Positions 20,146-30,737 of a DNA stretch of 64,000 bases are shown piece by piece. The notes below the pieces were generated by a model. It ran no database searches. It worked only from the letters and a program-made list of their open reading frames with translations, and was not told the DNA's origin. Every line of letters begins with the position of its first letter. The stretch's first letter is position 1. Position numbers and translations under genes: made by a program. The DNA is taken from positions 1,632-65,631 of the forward strand of contig JAHJGY010000070.1 in NCBI GenBank assembly GCA_018824115.1, written 5' to 3'. The DNA is from Patescibacteria group bacterium. Lineage in GTDB: Bacteria > Patescibacteriota > 4484-211.

Positions 20146-21285
20146 TTATGATTCATTAGCAGCCCGATAATCTTTAAGAGCTTTGATGGTTTGAGAGCCA
20201 ATACCCTTCATGGCTAACAGATCTTCCTCGCTCATTTTTGTTGCTTGCGCTAGTGTTAATCCAGAACGTTCGAGTTTTCCTGCCAGGGCTGGCGGAATAG
20301 TGGTTGCTTGTTCTGCAGCCAATTTAACTCCGGGAGCTGTTTGTGCTATGCTGTGAATGTCGATCCGGTATCCGGTAAGTTTCGCTGCTAAACGAGCGTT
20401 TTGGCCTTCCTTGCCAATTGCCAATGAAACTTGGTCATCGGGGACTTTGATAAGTGCGGATCCTTCTTTTTCATTAATTTCGATGTGCGAGACTTCGGCA
20501 GGAGAAAGGGCGGCAGAGACGAATTTCTCTGGTTCACTGTTCCAAAGGATAACGTCAATTCGTTCTCCGTTTAATTCATCGGTAATTGCCTGAATGCGAA
20601 CCCCGCGTTGACCTACGCAGGATCCTACGGCATCGACTCCCTCTTGAATCGAAGTAACAGCTATCTTAGATCGATGGCCTGGTTCGCGGGCAACGGCCTT
20701 AATCTCGATTGCTTTAGAAGCAACTTCAGGGATTTCTTGTTCGAGCAAACCAGTTAATAGTTCGCTTGCGGAACGCGAGGTAATAATTTGGTAGCGGCTG
20801 GATTGCTGATTGATTTCTTTGACATAAAGACGTAAGCGTTGATTATGACGGTAGTTTTCAGTGGGCACCTGCCCTGATCTGGGTAGTAATCCAGTTGTGC
20901 GGCCTAGGTCTACAACCCAATCAGACCCTTCACGGCGTTGGAGCATTCCCGAAATAACGGTGCCGATCCTGGCTTGAAACTCGTCGATTATGGCTTCCTT
21001 TTCGGCCTCGCGGACTCCTTGGAGAATAACCTGTTTCGCTGTTTGAGCGGCAATACGGCCAAATCCGGGAGGGGTAATGTCTTGACCTTCCTGTACAACG
21101 GTAACCGCACCGTTTTCTTTGTCGATCTGAATTTCAATATCTTCTTCGGCCCCGCTATAATCTTTTCGATACGCTGCGCGGATTGCGTGTTTAAGTGTTT
21201 CGAACACCGAATCTGGGTCAATTCCCCTTTCGGAACAGACTTGGTTAACTGCGGCCATAAATTCCGAACGAATCATGCTGGTCAT
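20146..21285 (-). CDS. nusA: Transcription termination/antitermination factor NusA
   Basis: N-terminal domain, S1 domain and KH domains (GSCVGQRGVRIQAI...). The C-terminal GIGSQTIKAL helix-hairpin-helix is present. Confidence 0.9.
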   Translation of the reverse strand: MTSMIRSEFMAAVNQVCSERGIDPDSVFETLKHAIRAAYRKDYSGAEEDIEIQIDKENGAVTVVQEGQDITPPGFGRIAAQTAKQVILQGVREAEKEAIIDEFQARIGTVISGMLQRREGSDWVVDLGRTTGLLPRSGQVPTENYRHNQRLRLYVKEINQQSSRYQIITSRSASELLTGLLEQEIPEVASKAIEIKAVAREPGHRSKIAVTSIQEGVDAVGSCVGQRGVRIQAITDELNGERIDVILWNSEPEKFVSAALSPAEVSHIEINEKEGSALIKVPDDQVSLAIGKEGQNARLAAKLTGYRIDIHSIAQTAPGVKLAAEQATTIPPALAGKLERSGLTLAQATKMSEEDLLAMKGIGSQTIKALKDYRAANES

Positions 21286-21313
21286 TATATCACTGTAAAT
21301 AGGGGTTTACAAA

Positions 21314-21868
21314 CTAATGCTTGGATAGTGACTCTAGAAGAGGGAGGCTGATGTTAATTAATTGCTGAATTTCATTGGGGGTTAATTTTGAGTCGTAGTC
21401 GACAATGTCACACAGGTTAATTACCTTTTGAATTGCTTCGAAGACTGGTTCGGCAATAATCTTTTTATAATTCAGATGAACTGCCAACCTTAAGGCATCG
21501 GATGGTTGGATCTGCTCATCCTTAGGCAATTTATCGGTCTGTAGTTTGGCCAATTCCCAACGCAGCTTTTCTTTTATTTGGGCGGTGGTGAAAAATGGGC
21601 CTCGCTTGTCATCGGTAATCTCAGTGGAATCGGAGCTGTCTTTACCGGTAATTTTCTTTACTGCGTCTTTGGCTGCGCGCAAGGAGCGTTTGAAAGAGAA
21701 AAGGTAGCTAATTGATCCACTGGATATGGTTGGCAGGATAGCCAGGAGGAAGAGAAATGCCAAGAGGCTTAAAGTATATTTATCAACCCGGATTTGATCT
21801 GGGAAAAAAGTGTACCCCAACAGGTAAACCAGGGTGATAAGGCTGAGGAGGAATTCTAGCTTAATCAT
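21314..21868 (-). CDS. Hypothetical membrane protein
   Basis: ORF containing two hydrophobic TM segments. Confidence 0.4.
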   Translation of the reverse strand: MIKLEFLLSLITLVYLLGYTFFPDQIRVDKYTLSLLAFLFLLAILPTISSGSISYLFSFKRSLRAAKDAVKKITGKDSSDSTEITDDKRGPFFTTAQIKEKLRWELAKLQTDKLPKDEQIQPSDALRLAVHLNYKKIIAEPVFEAIQKVINLCDIVDYDSKLTPNEIQQLINISLPLLESLSKH

Positions 21869-22127
21869 GTTTACAAGTTTTTCCTATTGCTTATCGTATT
21901 TGTTTGCGATAGCAGTTCGTCGTTCTTCAAGGGCTTCTCTCTGATCGGGCGGGAAAAACTGCAGGGCTTCATCTTGCATTGCCCGGAGTTCAGCAATCCT
22001 CGTATCCTTGTTGGGTTTCTTGAGGCATTGCCATCAAAAGCGGTTTTGTATTTCTATAATTCATAATAGCGAATGTTGATTAGAGATGTCAATGGAGCGT
22101 GTTGATGGGACTTGTTTTCGTTGTACG

Positions 22128-22670
22128 TCAGTTTTGATACAGAAAGAGAGGGTGTTGCGTGGAGGTGTCTTTTTTGCTTACTTTCCAACCAGGGATAGGA
22201 TAGCGAGCGGTGATGATGCGTGCTCCTGGCGGTAGTTCTTGTTTAAGTTTGGGCTTTAGTTTTTCCAGTAGATTTTTGGTTAAGTAAAGGACAACAACCG
22301 TGGCGTTTTTTAGGTCCGATTTAAACAGGTCTTTGTTAAGGATAGTAATATTGTGTTTAAATTTCCTGGTAGACATTTTTGCCTTTAAGTATGGCCATGG
22401 GCTAATTTCATATCCCAGGGCTTTCTGGACACCAAAGTTTTTGACGGCAGTGATAAGTAATCGCCCATCGCCGCAGCCAAGATCGTAGACAATGTCTTGA
22501 GAACTAACACCAGCGAGCTCCATCATTTTCCGGCCCACTTCGCGAGATAGTGGGACAAAGGGTGCGCCGTGATGACTGGAGATGAGGTCGGAGGTGAGGT
22601 TAAGAATAAGCCAGGTTGTGGTGGCGAGAGCGAGGAGGGCAATTGTGATGAGAAGGAAGATTATGAGCAT
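22128..22670 (-). CDS. Small membrane-anchored class I SAM-dependent methyltransferase
   Basis: N-terminal TM; motif I VYDLGCGDGRL. Confidence 0.6.
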   Translation of the reverse strand: MLIIFLLITIALLALATTTWLILNLTSDLISSHHGAPFVPLSREVGRKMMELAGVSSQDIVYDLGCGDGRLLITAVKNFGVQKALGYEISPWPYLKAKMSTRKFKHNITILNKDLFKSDLKNATVVVLYLTKNLLEKLKPKLKQELPPGARIITARYPIPGWKVSKKDTSTQHPLFLYQN

Positions 22671-22676
22671 AGATCT

Positions 22677-25646
22677 TTAAATTTGTACCTTATACGCCGG
22701 GCACAATAGTTGATATGAACAGTATTGGCACATTAAACCAATATTGGGTGTAAAGTTGCCTTGTCTTATTTCTTTAACGAGTTCCCCGATTTTCGTTTTG
22801 GTAGTCTGTAGATCATCAGAGTTTCTGGTGGTGGTCAATTTAATGCTTTCTTCGAGAAAAATGAAACTTAGTTTCTGCTTCTCTGGAGGGGTGTTAAGAA
22901 TGTTTGGATCAGCCGCGGCAAGGGAATAGATGCCTAGCTGGAGGTCTTTATCAATTTCTTTTTGTTTTTTTGCTTTTCCCGTTTTGTAGTCGATAATTTC
23001 GATTGTTCCATCTGCTAATTTGTCTACCCGGTCAATCCTGCCAGTGATTTTAATACCACCGATTTTAATTGAAAACGGAAACTCTATCTTATTGACTATT
23101 TGTTTGGGCGAGTAGTGGTTTTGGCAGAAGGTTTTAAGCATCTTTATGCCGGCTTTTTTCTGCCGTGCTTCGTGTTCTTTTGCTTGGTAACCTTCGCTGA
23201 TCCAGTAGGTTTCCAGCAGTTCTTTGAGGGCTTTAAACGCCGAGCTTTGGGAGCTTTTAAAGCTCGACGTTTCTTGCATATGACGCCGATAGAACTCGGC
23301 CAAAGTTCGGTGCATGGATTCCCCAAACGAGAGTGGTGATGTGGGAGGCGTAGGGATTCCGAGTATGTGTTTGTATTTATACTGCTGTGGGCAAACGGAA
23401 TAAGTGTTAATTTGTGAGTAGGATAGTCTGGAGATTCTATGTGTGAGTGGTTTTCCGGCCGGTTCCGCAGCTGGTGTTTCTGGTTGATACCATTTAAACA
23501 GCGAGGTCTGTTGTTGGGTTTTGTTAATGATCCGAAAGGGCTCTAAATTTTCTCCGAGAGTCTCGGTAATAAAAGGGGAGAGTCGTTTGGGACGTTTATT
23601 TTGGTGATAGAATTTAGCTCCACTAAAATATAATTTCTTTTGTGCTCGAGTTATACCGACGTAAAACAAACGACGTTCTTCTGCGATGTGAGGGTTGCTA
23701 CTAGGAAGGGGTTCCTTAATTAGTTGATCGGGGACTGGTATTTGATCTTTGCGTTCACGTGTGGGGAATCGGTCGGTAACGAGGTTAACCATAAAAACGA
23801 CTGGGAATTCTAAGCCCTTTGCCGAGTGGAAGGTAAGAATATTGACGGCGTTGTTATCGCGCCAGTCAATTTCGCTGGCAAGCGGGGATTCGCCCTGGTC
23901 GATAATAAAGCTGAGATATTCAACAAAATGATAGACGTTACTTTCTGGATTTTGTATTTCAAACTTCTTAGCGACATCAAAGAATTTAGAAATGTTTTGG
24001 ATTTCTCGCTGATGCTGTGGTGATTGTGGGTCTTGGTAAGAAACTAATAGGCCGGTGTCCTTCAGGAAGTAATAAAGGATTTGCCCGGGTAGTTCTTGGG
24101 GCACGAGTTTTAAATGCCTGTGAATCATTGAGATGAACTTGCTGATTTTCTGATAAGTGTCTTGTTTTAGATTGGCGATTTCTCTGATGTTTTCCAGTGT
24201 TTCAAATAGGCTAAGATTTTTCTGTTTTGCGTGGCTGATCATGAATGCGATGTCCCGGGTATTTACATTAAAGTGTGTTTTGGTCAACACTCTGTACATG
24301 GCGATGTCGTCTTTAATGTTAGACAGGATTGTTAGGTAGGCAATTAGATCTTTAATTTCCGGTTGGTGAAAAAGCTGGCCCGGGCCAAGAAATTGATAAG
24401 GCAGGCCAGCCTGACTTAATGCTTGAAGGAAGGGGAAAGCATGATTATTGGCTCGGACCAATATTGCAAAGTCTTGATAGCGCAGGCCGTTATTATTCTT
24501 AGTTAATCTCTGGATTTCGCCGATCACGCTTTCTGCTTCTTCCTCTACTTTCTCTTCCCAAATGAGGGTGATGTCGGAACCGTCTCGTTTTGGGACCGCC
24601 CGGAGTTTCTTGTCGATTCTTTCTTGGGTTTCTAATCGATCTGGGTTGTTGTGTTGGATGAAGTGGTAAGCTCGATCTAGTATTATTTGCGGTGACCGAT
24701 AGTTGCGGATCAAGCTAACCAGGCTTGAATTTGGGAAGTGTTTTTGGAAGCTGAGGACATTATAGATTGCCGCTCCCCGCCAGCGGTAAATGCTTTGATC
24801 GTCGTCGCAAACTGCAGTGATATTCTGATCGTCTCCTGCTAGCAGTACGGCGATCTCGTTTTGGATATAGTTGGTATCCTGGAATTCGTCAACAAGGACG
24901 TGTTTAAACTGTTTCTGATATTTGACTAAGATGTTCGAGCGAGTCTTAAAGAGTTTTAGAGTGTAATAGAGGAGATCGGCGAAGTCCATTACACTGTGTT
25001 GGATTTTTAATTCTTGGTATTTCTTATACGCTGTTGCCAGTTCCTCTAACCTCTCAATTTGCAGCCTTTCCTCATTATTCTGGCTACCGGTTTCTGGTTC
25101 TGCGTTCTGGGCTACAGTTTTCCGGTTCTTGAGGCTCCTGATGTATTTCGAGTATTCCTCCGGTGTGATATTTTCGTTTCTCAGTCGACTAAAATGGGTG
25201 ATTAATCCCGAGATGAATTTGGCGGGGTTACCGAGGGGTCGATAGTATTGTAGGTTGAACTCGAATATATGTTTTTTTATAAAGAGATAGTTTTCGGCCT
25301 GGCTTAATATTCGGAAAACGGGGTCGAGGCCGATATGGATAGCTTCTTGGCGCAAGACTCGTTCACAGAAGGAATGGAAAGTAGAAATCCAGGTTTGTAC
25401 ATAACCAATGGGCAAGGCAATGTCTACTCTTTCTTCCATCTCCTGCGCTGCCTTTTCTGTAAAAGTTAAGGCGAGTATTTCTGAGGGTTTGGCACTTTTT
25501 TGTTCGATGAGCCATTTGATGCGTTCGGTGATTACGGTGGTTTTCCCGGTTCCTGCGCCAGCAATGATGAGGAGAGGGCGCTGAGAATGAGTGATGGCAG
25601 CATGCTGTTCGGGGTTGAGTTTAAACTTAGCTTTATCGTCGTGCAT
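22677..25646 (-). CDS. UvrD/PcrA-like helicase fused to a C-terminal PD-(D/E)XK nuclease with a Cys cluster (AddA/Cas4-like helicase-nuclease)
   Basis: Walker A GAGTGKTT; UvrD motifs (VDEFQDTN, helicase C-terminus). C-terminal GRIDRVD...DYKTG and QYCSYQLLCP Fe-S-type cysteines. Confidence 0.85.
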   Translation of the reverse strand: MHDDKAKFKLNPEQHAAITHSQRPLLIIAGAGTGKTTVITERIKWLIEQKSAKPSEILALTFTEKAAQEMEERVDIALPIGYVQTWISTFHSFCERVLRQEAIHIGLDPVFRILSQAENYLFIKKHIFEFNLQYYRPLGNPAKFISGLITHFSRLRNENITPEEYSKYIRSLKNRKTVAQNAEPETGSQNNEERLQIERLEELATAYKKYQELKIQHSVMDFADLLYYTLKLFKTRSNILVKYQKQFKHVLVDEFQDTNYIQNEIAVLLAGDDQNITAVCDDDQSIYRWRGAAIYNVLSFQKHFPNSSLVSLIRNYRSPQIILDRAYHFIQHNNPDRLETQERIDKKLRAVPKRDGSDITLIWEEKVEEEAESVIGEIQRLTKNNNGLRYQDFAILVRANNHAFPFLQALSQAGLPYQFLGPGQLFHQPEIKDLIAYLTILSNIKDDIAMYRVLTKTHFNVNTRDIAFMISHAKQKNLSLFETLENIREIANLKQDTYQKISKFISMIHRHLKLVPQELPGQILYYFLKDTGLLVSYQDPQSPQHQREIQNISKFFDVAKKFEIQNPESNVYHFVEYLSFIIDQGESPLASEIDWRDNNAVNILTFHSAKGLEFPVVFMVNLVTDRFPTRERKDQIPVPDQLIKEPLPSSNPHIAEERRLFYVGITRAQKKLYFSGAKFYHQNKRPKRLSPFITETLGENLEPFRIINKTQQQTSLFKWYQPETPAAEPAGKPLTHRISRLSYSQINTYSVCPQQYKYKHILGIPTPPTSPLSFGESMHRTLAEFYRRHMQETSSFKSSQSSAFKALKELLETYWISEGYQAKEHEARQKKAGIKMLKTFCQNHYSPKQIVNKIEFPFSIKIGGIKITGRIDRVDKLADGTIEIIDYKTGKAKKQKEIDKDLQLGIYSLAAADPNILNTPPEKQKLSFIFLEESIKLTTTRNSDDLQTTKTKIGELVKEIRQGNFTPNIGLMCQYCSYQLLCPAYKVQI

Positions 25647-25668
25647 AGGACATGCCTATTATACACAA

Positions 25669-25706
25669 CAAAGAACAACCCCGACCCAAGGTCGGGGTTG
25701 TTCTTT
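25669..25706 (-). terminator. Perfect palindromic hairpin (aacaaccccgacc-ttgg-gtcggggttgtt) flanked by T/A runs; terminator after hup, possibly bidirectional
   Basis: Inverted repeat read directly from the sequence. Confidence 0.5.
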
Positions 25707-25799
25707 ATCAGTAACCTTTGACCTGCAAGTCTTAGATAGTGGCTAGTGTTCTCACCTAATTGATAATCCACTTCCACTGGGACTGCGTGTCAGATTAAA

Positions 25800-26072
25800 T
25801 TACCGAACAATGTCTTTCAAAGCTGTACCAGCTCGGAAAGCAGGTGTGTTCTGAGCAGGGATGTGGAGAGGTTCTCCAGTCTGTGGGTTCCTGCCCATTC
25901 TAGCGGCTCGGCGTCGAACTAGGAAAGTCCCAAAACCGGTAACGGTCACTTTGTCTCCGCGAGCCAGAGCTTCACCAATAAGCTCAATAACAGCATTTAC
26001 TGCGTTGGCACCAGCCGATTTGGTCAAACTAGTACGTTCGGCAACTTGTTCAATTAATTCTGTCTTAGTCAT
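25800..26072 (-). CDS. hup: HU-family DNA-binding protein
   Basis: 90 aa; GFGTF...RNPQTGE arm motif. Confidence 0.85.
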   Translation of the reverse strand: MTKTELIEQVAERTSLTKSAGANAVNAVIELIGEALARGDKVTVTGFGTFLVRRRAARMGRNPQTGEPLHIPAQNTPAFRAGTALKDIVR

Positions 26073-26327
26073 TTACTCTCACCCCCTCTCGATGAAGCCA
26101 CGGCAGCAATTACTGCCGGATAGGCTGAAGTCCGCTGAATCCGCGATCTAAAGTCGGGAATAAGCAGGCCTGATGAGAAAAATTGATCCTATTGTTAAGG
26201 GCTTGGGTAGGTTTTGAGGCGATTGCTGTATGTGTAAATGAGGAGGTTAGCAGGTGATTCATTTTAGTTTCTAAATAAAGCAATTCTCTTATATCAGAAG
26301 CATAGGATTCTGTCAAGGGGTTTACGC

Positions 26328-27143
26328 CTATGTAACAACATCTTCCAAAATGATATCGTTGCGAGTGATCGAGTCGCTCGCGTTTCTGCTTTTAATGTTA
26401 ACCAATACAGATTGAAAAACAGTTCTCCCATTTTTGACCCACTCAAATCGCTGAGGGCGAGGATAGCGGTAAAGGTTCCAGATGATTTCTTTCTTTACAC
26501 CAAGGACAGAGTTTAATGGACCTGCCATGCCCACATCGGTAACGTAGGCGGTTCCAGCCGGCAGGATTCTAGCGTCAGCTGTTGGTATATGTGTGTGTGT
26601 GCCGACAAACATAGAGGCCTTACCGTCGGTGTAGAGGCCAAGGGCTAGTTTCTCCGAAGTGGATTCGGCATGAAAGTCGATAACGATAGCGGCCAGTGAC
26701 TCTTCGGCGTAAGTTTGTAATATGTTGTCTATTGTTTCGTAGGGGCAGTGAGTGGTTTGGCTAACATTAGGGTTGAAGAAGGTTTTTCCGAGAAGGTTTA
26801 TTAGCAGGACTTGTTGGCCTTGCGGGGTTTGGGTGATTGATACTCCTCGACCAGGAGTAGTGCAGGGGTAATTGGCGGGTCGGAGTAATCGGAAGTTTTC
26901 GTCTTGCAGTAGGCTTTCCCAGTTTTCTTGACGAAAGATATGGTTGCCACTGGTGAAGTAGTCAACTCCGGCATCGAGCATTTCGTAGAGAGTGTTTTCG
27001 GTTACTCCTCGACCCCCGGCAAGATTCTCGGCATTGGCAAAAGCCAGATCAATCCCTTCTTGCCTTTTTAACCCTGGAAGGACTTTTTTAATTGCTTCAC
27101 GGCCCAGTTTGCTAACGATGTCCCCGATAAATAGGATTTTCAT
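26328..27143 (-). CDS. ymdB: YmdB-like 2',3'-cyclic-nucleotide phosphodiesterase (TIGR00282 metallophosphoesterase)
   Basis: MKILFIGDIV...GNHIF...; lies downstream of rny as in Bacillus. Confidence 0.8.
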   Translation of the reverse strand: MKILFIGDIVSKLGREAIKKVLPGLKRQEGIDLAFANAENLAGGRGVTENTLYEMLDAGVDYFTSGNHIFRQENWESLLQDENFRLLRPANYPCTTPGRGVSITQTPQGQQVLLINLLGKTFFNPNVSQTTHCPYETIDNILQTYAEESLAAIVIDFHAESTSEKLALGLYTDGKASMFVGTHTHIPTADARILPAGTAYVTDVGMAGPLNSVLGVKKEIIWNLYRYPRPQRFEWVKNGRTVFQSVLVNIKSRNASDSITRNDIILEDVVT

Positions 27144-27172
27144 TATTATTTAGTGAGAATTATGTTTCGGAC

Positions 27173-28393
27173 TTATTCCACTTGCGCGGTGGCGTATGCG
27201 GCAGTTCTAGTTTCGCGGATAACGTTTACCTTAATTTGACCAGGGAAATTCTTCATTTGACGGTGGATTTTTAAAGAGAGTTCGTGGGCGAGGTTTACCA
27301 TCTCACTTTCCATAATTTCTTCGGGCTTAACAATCACGCGAACTTCTCGGCCAGCCGAGATGGCGTAGGCATCTTTTACTCCGGTGAAAGACTTGGCGAT
27401 GTTCTCGAGTTCTCTAACGCGGTTTACGTAAGCTTCGTAGTCTTCACGCCTGGCACCAGGGCGCATTCCTGAAATGGTGTCGGCGAGGTAGACAATGATT
27501 GCTTCGAGATTGGGAAATTCGCCGGTGTGATGTCCTTCAAAAGTTTGGACGATTTCCTCTTCAATGCCATGACGTCGCGCAATATCGGCTCCTACTTTGT
27601 CATGAGATCCTTCTACCTCCGCCGTGACAGCTTTACCGAGGTCGTGAAGAAGACAGGCTTTTTTTATTAATTCCAGGTTGGCTCCAAGTTCGGCCGCAAG
27701 TGCTTTACCAATGTTCACTACTTCTAGTGTGTGTTCAATCATATTTTGTCCGTATGAGGTTCTGAATTTGAATCGGCCGAGGAGATTGGTGATGTCTTCT
27801 GGGAGATCAATTACACCTGCTCGATACGCTAATTCTTCACCAGCTTCCTTAATTGTGTTCTGAGTTTCTCCTTTAACCTGGTTTACAATTTCCTCGATTC
27901 GGGCAGGTTGGATACGGCCGTCGGCAATTAGGCGTTTTAAAGATTGCGTGGCCACTTCCCGTCGTACGGGATCAAAGGAAGAAATGGTAACCATTTCCGG
28001 CGTTTCGTCGATAACAAGGTTAACACCGGTTGCGGTTTCAAAGGCTTTGATATTGCGTCCTTCTTTGCCAATAATCCGACCCTTCATCTCTTCGTCCGGA
28101 AGTTTTACCGTGGCACTTGTCATTTCCGCAACGTGGTCGGTGGCGATTCTTTGCAGAGTGGAGAGCAGGAGTTCGCGGCTTTTTTTCTCGGATTCTTCCT
28201 CCAGCTGTTTTTCCATCTTACGGATACGGATTGCTTTGTCTTCGGCAAGATCTTTGTCTAGCTCGGATAAAAGGAGCTCTTTTGCCCGTTCCTGGGAAAC
28301 TTTCGCGAGCTCTGCAAGGCGCTCTTTGTATTGGTCTTGGAGTTGTTTAAGTGTTTGCTTTTCTTGCTGGAGATGGTCTTGGTCGGTGTTCAT
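27173..28393 (-). CDS. rny: Ribonuclease Y (KH + HD domains), no N-terminal transmembrane helix
   Basis: KH domain GRIIGKEGRNIKAFE; HD domain LLHDLGK...; start chosen at the internal M (MNTDQDH), because the 5'-extended ORF would overlap recX by 80 nt. Confidence 0.8.
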   Translation of the reverse strand: MNTDQDHLQQEKQTLKQLQDQYKERLAELAKVSQERAKELLLSELDKDLAEDKAIRIRKMEKQLEEESEKKSRELLLSTLQRIATDHVAEMTSATVKLPDEEMKGRIIGKEGRNIKAFETATGVNLVIDETPEMVTISSFDPVRREVATQSLKRLIADGRIQPARIEEIVNQVKGETQNTIKEAGEELAYRAGVIDLPEDITNLLGRFKFRTSYGQNMIEHTLEVVNIGKALAAELGANLELIKKACLLHDLGKAVTAEVEGSHDKVGADIARRHGIEEEIVQTFEGHHTGEFPNLEAIIVYLADTISGMRPGARREDYEAYVNRVRELENIAKSFTGVKDAYAISAGREVRVIVKPEEIMESEMVNLAHELSLKIHRQMKNFPGQIKVNVIRETRTAAYATAQVE

Positions 28394-28403
28394 AATTGCG
28401 GTC

Positions 28404-29105
28404 TCAATTCCTTTGTGCGCTTCCCATCTTCGCATTGTACCGCTCTTTCGCCAGTTGGTCAACCGCTTGTTTGGCGGTATCAAACGAAAAACCGCGACTA
28501 GCTAAGTAGCGTACAGCTTTTGCTTGATACTGTCTATGATCTAAATCTTGCCGAGATAACAGGCGGTGGTGTTGCAGGGCGGCGAGAGCAAGGCTAACTT
28601 CCGTGGTATTGCCCTCTGCACCGAGGGTTTTTTCGATAATATCATCGGCAACACCCTTTTGCTTGAGTTCGGATCGTATTGCCCAGACACCCTTTGGTTT
28701 ACGGCCGGTTTGTCGTTGTTCTAACCACCACTGCCCAAAACTGGTATCGTTAATTAAATCCAGCTCTTCTAATTGAGTTAGCGTTTTTTCGATAATTTGG
28801 ATTTCTTCCTCATGGGTTTGATAAAGTTGTTTTTGTTGGCTGGTTTTTTTCTTAAGATATTGAGAGACTTCTTTTCTTGATCGGGGGCGGTATTCTAGAT
28901 ACCGGAAGGCTAATTCTAGCAACTTGTCTTTTTTTTCGTACGTTAATAGTTGTTCTAATTGGTCTGGAGAAAGTTCTTGTCCGGCTTGATATTTTTTCTC
29001 GATTAAAGTGTTTTCGTTGACACTGGCGATGTATTTCCCATTAACGAATAGATTGTAGCGATGAAGGTTGCGCTTTTGCTGTTTGATGGCGGTGATTGTA
29101 GACAA
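28404..29105 (-). CDS. recX: Recombination regulator RecX
   Basis: Three-helix repeat architecture; located immediately downstream of recA. Confidence 0.75.
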   Translation of the reverse strand: MSTITAIKQQKRNLHRYNLFVNGKYIASVNENTLIEKKYQAGQELSPDQLEQLLTYEKKDKLLELAFRYLEYRPRSRKEVSQYLKKKTSQQKQLYQTHEEEIQIIEKTLTQLEELDLINDTSFGQWWLEQRQTGRKPKGVWAIRSELKQKGVADDIIEKTLGAEGNTTEVSLALAALQHHRLLSRQDLDHRQYQAKAVRYLASRGFSFDTAKQAVDQLAKERYNAKMGSAQRN

Positions 29106-29119
29106 ATTAGCTGTAAAAT

Positions 29120-30130
29120 TTATTTAGGCGGGGGAGCTTGTACTTGGTTCCTATTCAGAATTGCTTGTTTGATTTCCTCCGATATCTTAGGATTTTCTTT
29201 TAAGAATAGCCTCGCGGCTTCTTTCCCCTGGCCTATTTTTTGATCTTGATAAGAATACCAAGCACCAGATTTGTCGACAATGCCCAATTCGGATCCTAGA
29301 TCAAGTAAGCTCCCTTCCTGTGATATTCCTTCGTTAAACATGACATCGAACTCGGCTGTTCTAAAGGGTGGAGCGACTTTATTCTTGACAATTTTTGTGC
29401 GTACGCGGGAACCGATAACTTCCTCGCCTTGTTTAAGAGACTGGATGCGCCTGATGTCTATCCTAACCGAGGAGTAGAATTTGAGGGCGCGGCCGCCTGG
29501 GGTTACTTCCGGATTGCCAAACATAATCCCGATTTTCATTCTTAATTGGTTGGTGAAAATGACAGCAGTGTTGGATTTGTTGATTGCGCCTGCTAATTTT
29601 CTTAATGCTTGTGACATTAACCTTGCCTGTAGGCCGATATGGTGGTCCCCCATTTCTCCTTCGATTTCTGCTCGGGGGACTAATGCGGCCACTGAATCGA
29701 TGGCAACGACATCGATTCCGCCCGATCTAACCAGTGTTTCGACGATTTCCAGGGCTTGTTCGCCAGAATCTGGTTGCGATAATAATAGTTCGTCGATGTT
29801 AACACCAATGTTGCGGGAATATGTTGGGTCTAGGGCGTGTTCGGCATCAACGATGGCGGCTATACCTCCTTGTTTCTGCGCTTCGGCAACGATGTGCTGG
29901 ATTAATGTGCTTTTTCCAGAGGCTTCTGGGCCAAAAATCTCGGTAATTCGTCCACGCGGGATTCCTCCAACTCCCAGAGCGAGATCTAAAGCAATACATC
30001 CGGTAGGGATAATGGAAATACCCTCGGCGATGCTTTCCTGCCCTAACCGCATAATTGATCCTTTACCGAACTGCTTTTCAATTTGCTCAATGGCCAGTTT
30101 AACAGCCTCCGATTTTTGATCTTTGGGCAT
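29120..30130 (-). CDS. recA: Recombinase RecA
   Basis: Walker [11 protein letters not shown]; the highly conserved RecA core ([31 protein letters not shown]). Confidence 0.95.
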   Translation of the reverse strand: MPKDQKSEAVKLAIEQIEKQFGKGSIMRLGQESIAEGISIIPTGCIALDLALGVGGIPRGRITEIFGPEASGKSTLIQHIVAEAQKQGGIAAIVDAEHALDPTYSRNIGVNIDELLLSQPDSGEQALEIVETLVRSGGIDVVAIDSVAALVPRAEIEGEMGDHHIGLQARLMSQALRKLAGAINKSNTAVIFTNQLRMKIGIMFGNPEVTPGGRALKFYSSVRIDIRRIQSLKQGEEVIGSRVRTKIVKNKVAPPFRTAEFDVMFNEGISQEGSLLDLGSELGIVDKSGAWYSYQDQKIGQGKEAARLFLKENPKISEEIKQAILNRNQVQAPPPK

Positions 30131-30265
30131 ACCTGAATAATACCATAAAGGGGATAATTTGTGGGAGGGGTAGGGGTGGATTAGTTTGTTCTTTCGGGTT
30201 TCCTGATTTGCAATTCTAGATTACAAATTAAGCTTCCCTATATTTACGGTATAATAAGTTTTGTA

Positions 30266-30688
30266 ATGTTAGAGATTAAGAAGGCACTTACAATTTTCTG
30301 TGATGGTGGGGCGAGGGGAAATCCAGGGCCGGGAGGGATTGGAGTTGTTGTTTACCGGGACGGTGTATTGATCGACAGCATCAGTAAGTTTGTTGGGAAA
30401 AAAGTAACTAACAATCAGGCAGAGTATTTGGCGGTGATTGAGTCACTGCGGAAAGCGAAGGAACTGCAAGCGGGGAGTATTAAAGTTTTGGTTGATTCAC
30501 AATTGGCCCAAAGACAGCTGACGGGAATTTATAAAGTGAAGAACGCTTTATTGCGCGAGTTATGGCAAAAGGTTAAAGATCTCGAGACCGAATTTAAAGA
30601 AGTGAAGTTTGAGTTTGTGCCGCGGGAGAGCAATAAAGAGGCGGACCGGCTTGTTAATGAGGTTTTGGATGCCAAGCTGGGAAAATGA
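30266..30688 (+). CDS. rnhA: Ribonuclease HI
   Basis: DGGARGNPGPGG...AEYLAV...ESNKEAD catalytic DEDD residues. Confidence 0.85.
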   Translation: MLEIKKALTIFCDGGARGNPGPGGIGVVVYRDGVLIDSISKFVGKKVTNNQAEYLAVIESLRKAKELQAGSIKVLVDSQLAQRQLTGIYKVKNALLRELWQKVKDLETEFKEVKFEFVPRESNKEADRLVNEVLDAKLGK

Positions 30689-30737
30689 TTATTCTCACCA
30701 TCCCGCAGAAGGCATATGTGGTAAAATTTATTTGACT

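Noticed and set aside
22128-25646. Helicase-nuclease plus adjacent methyltransferase as a restriction-modification or defence pair
   Set aside because: The methyltransferase is a small membrane-anchored class I MTase without DNA-MTase motifs (no DPPY/NPPY). The helicase-nuclease looks like a housekeeping AddA-type repair enzyme.
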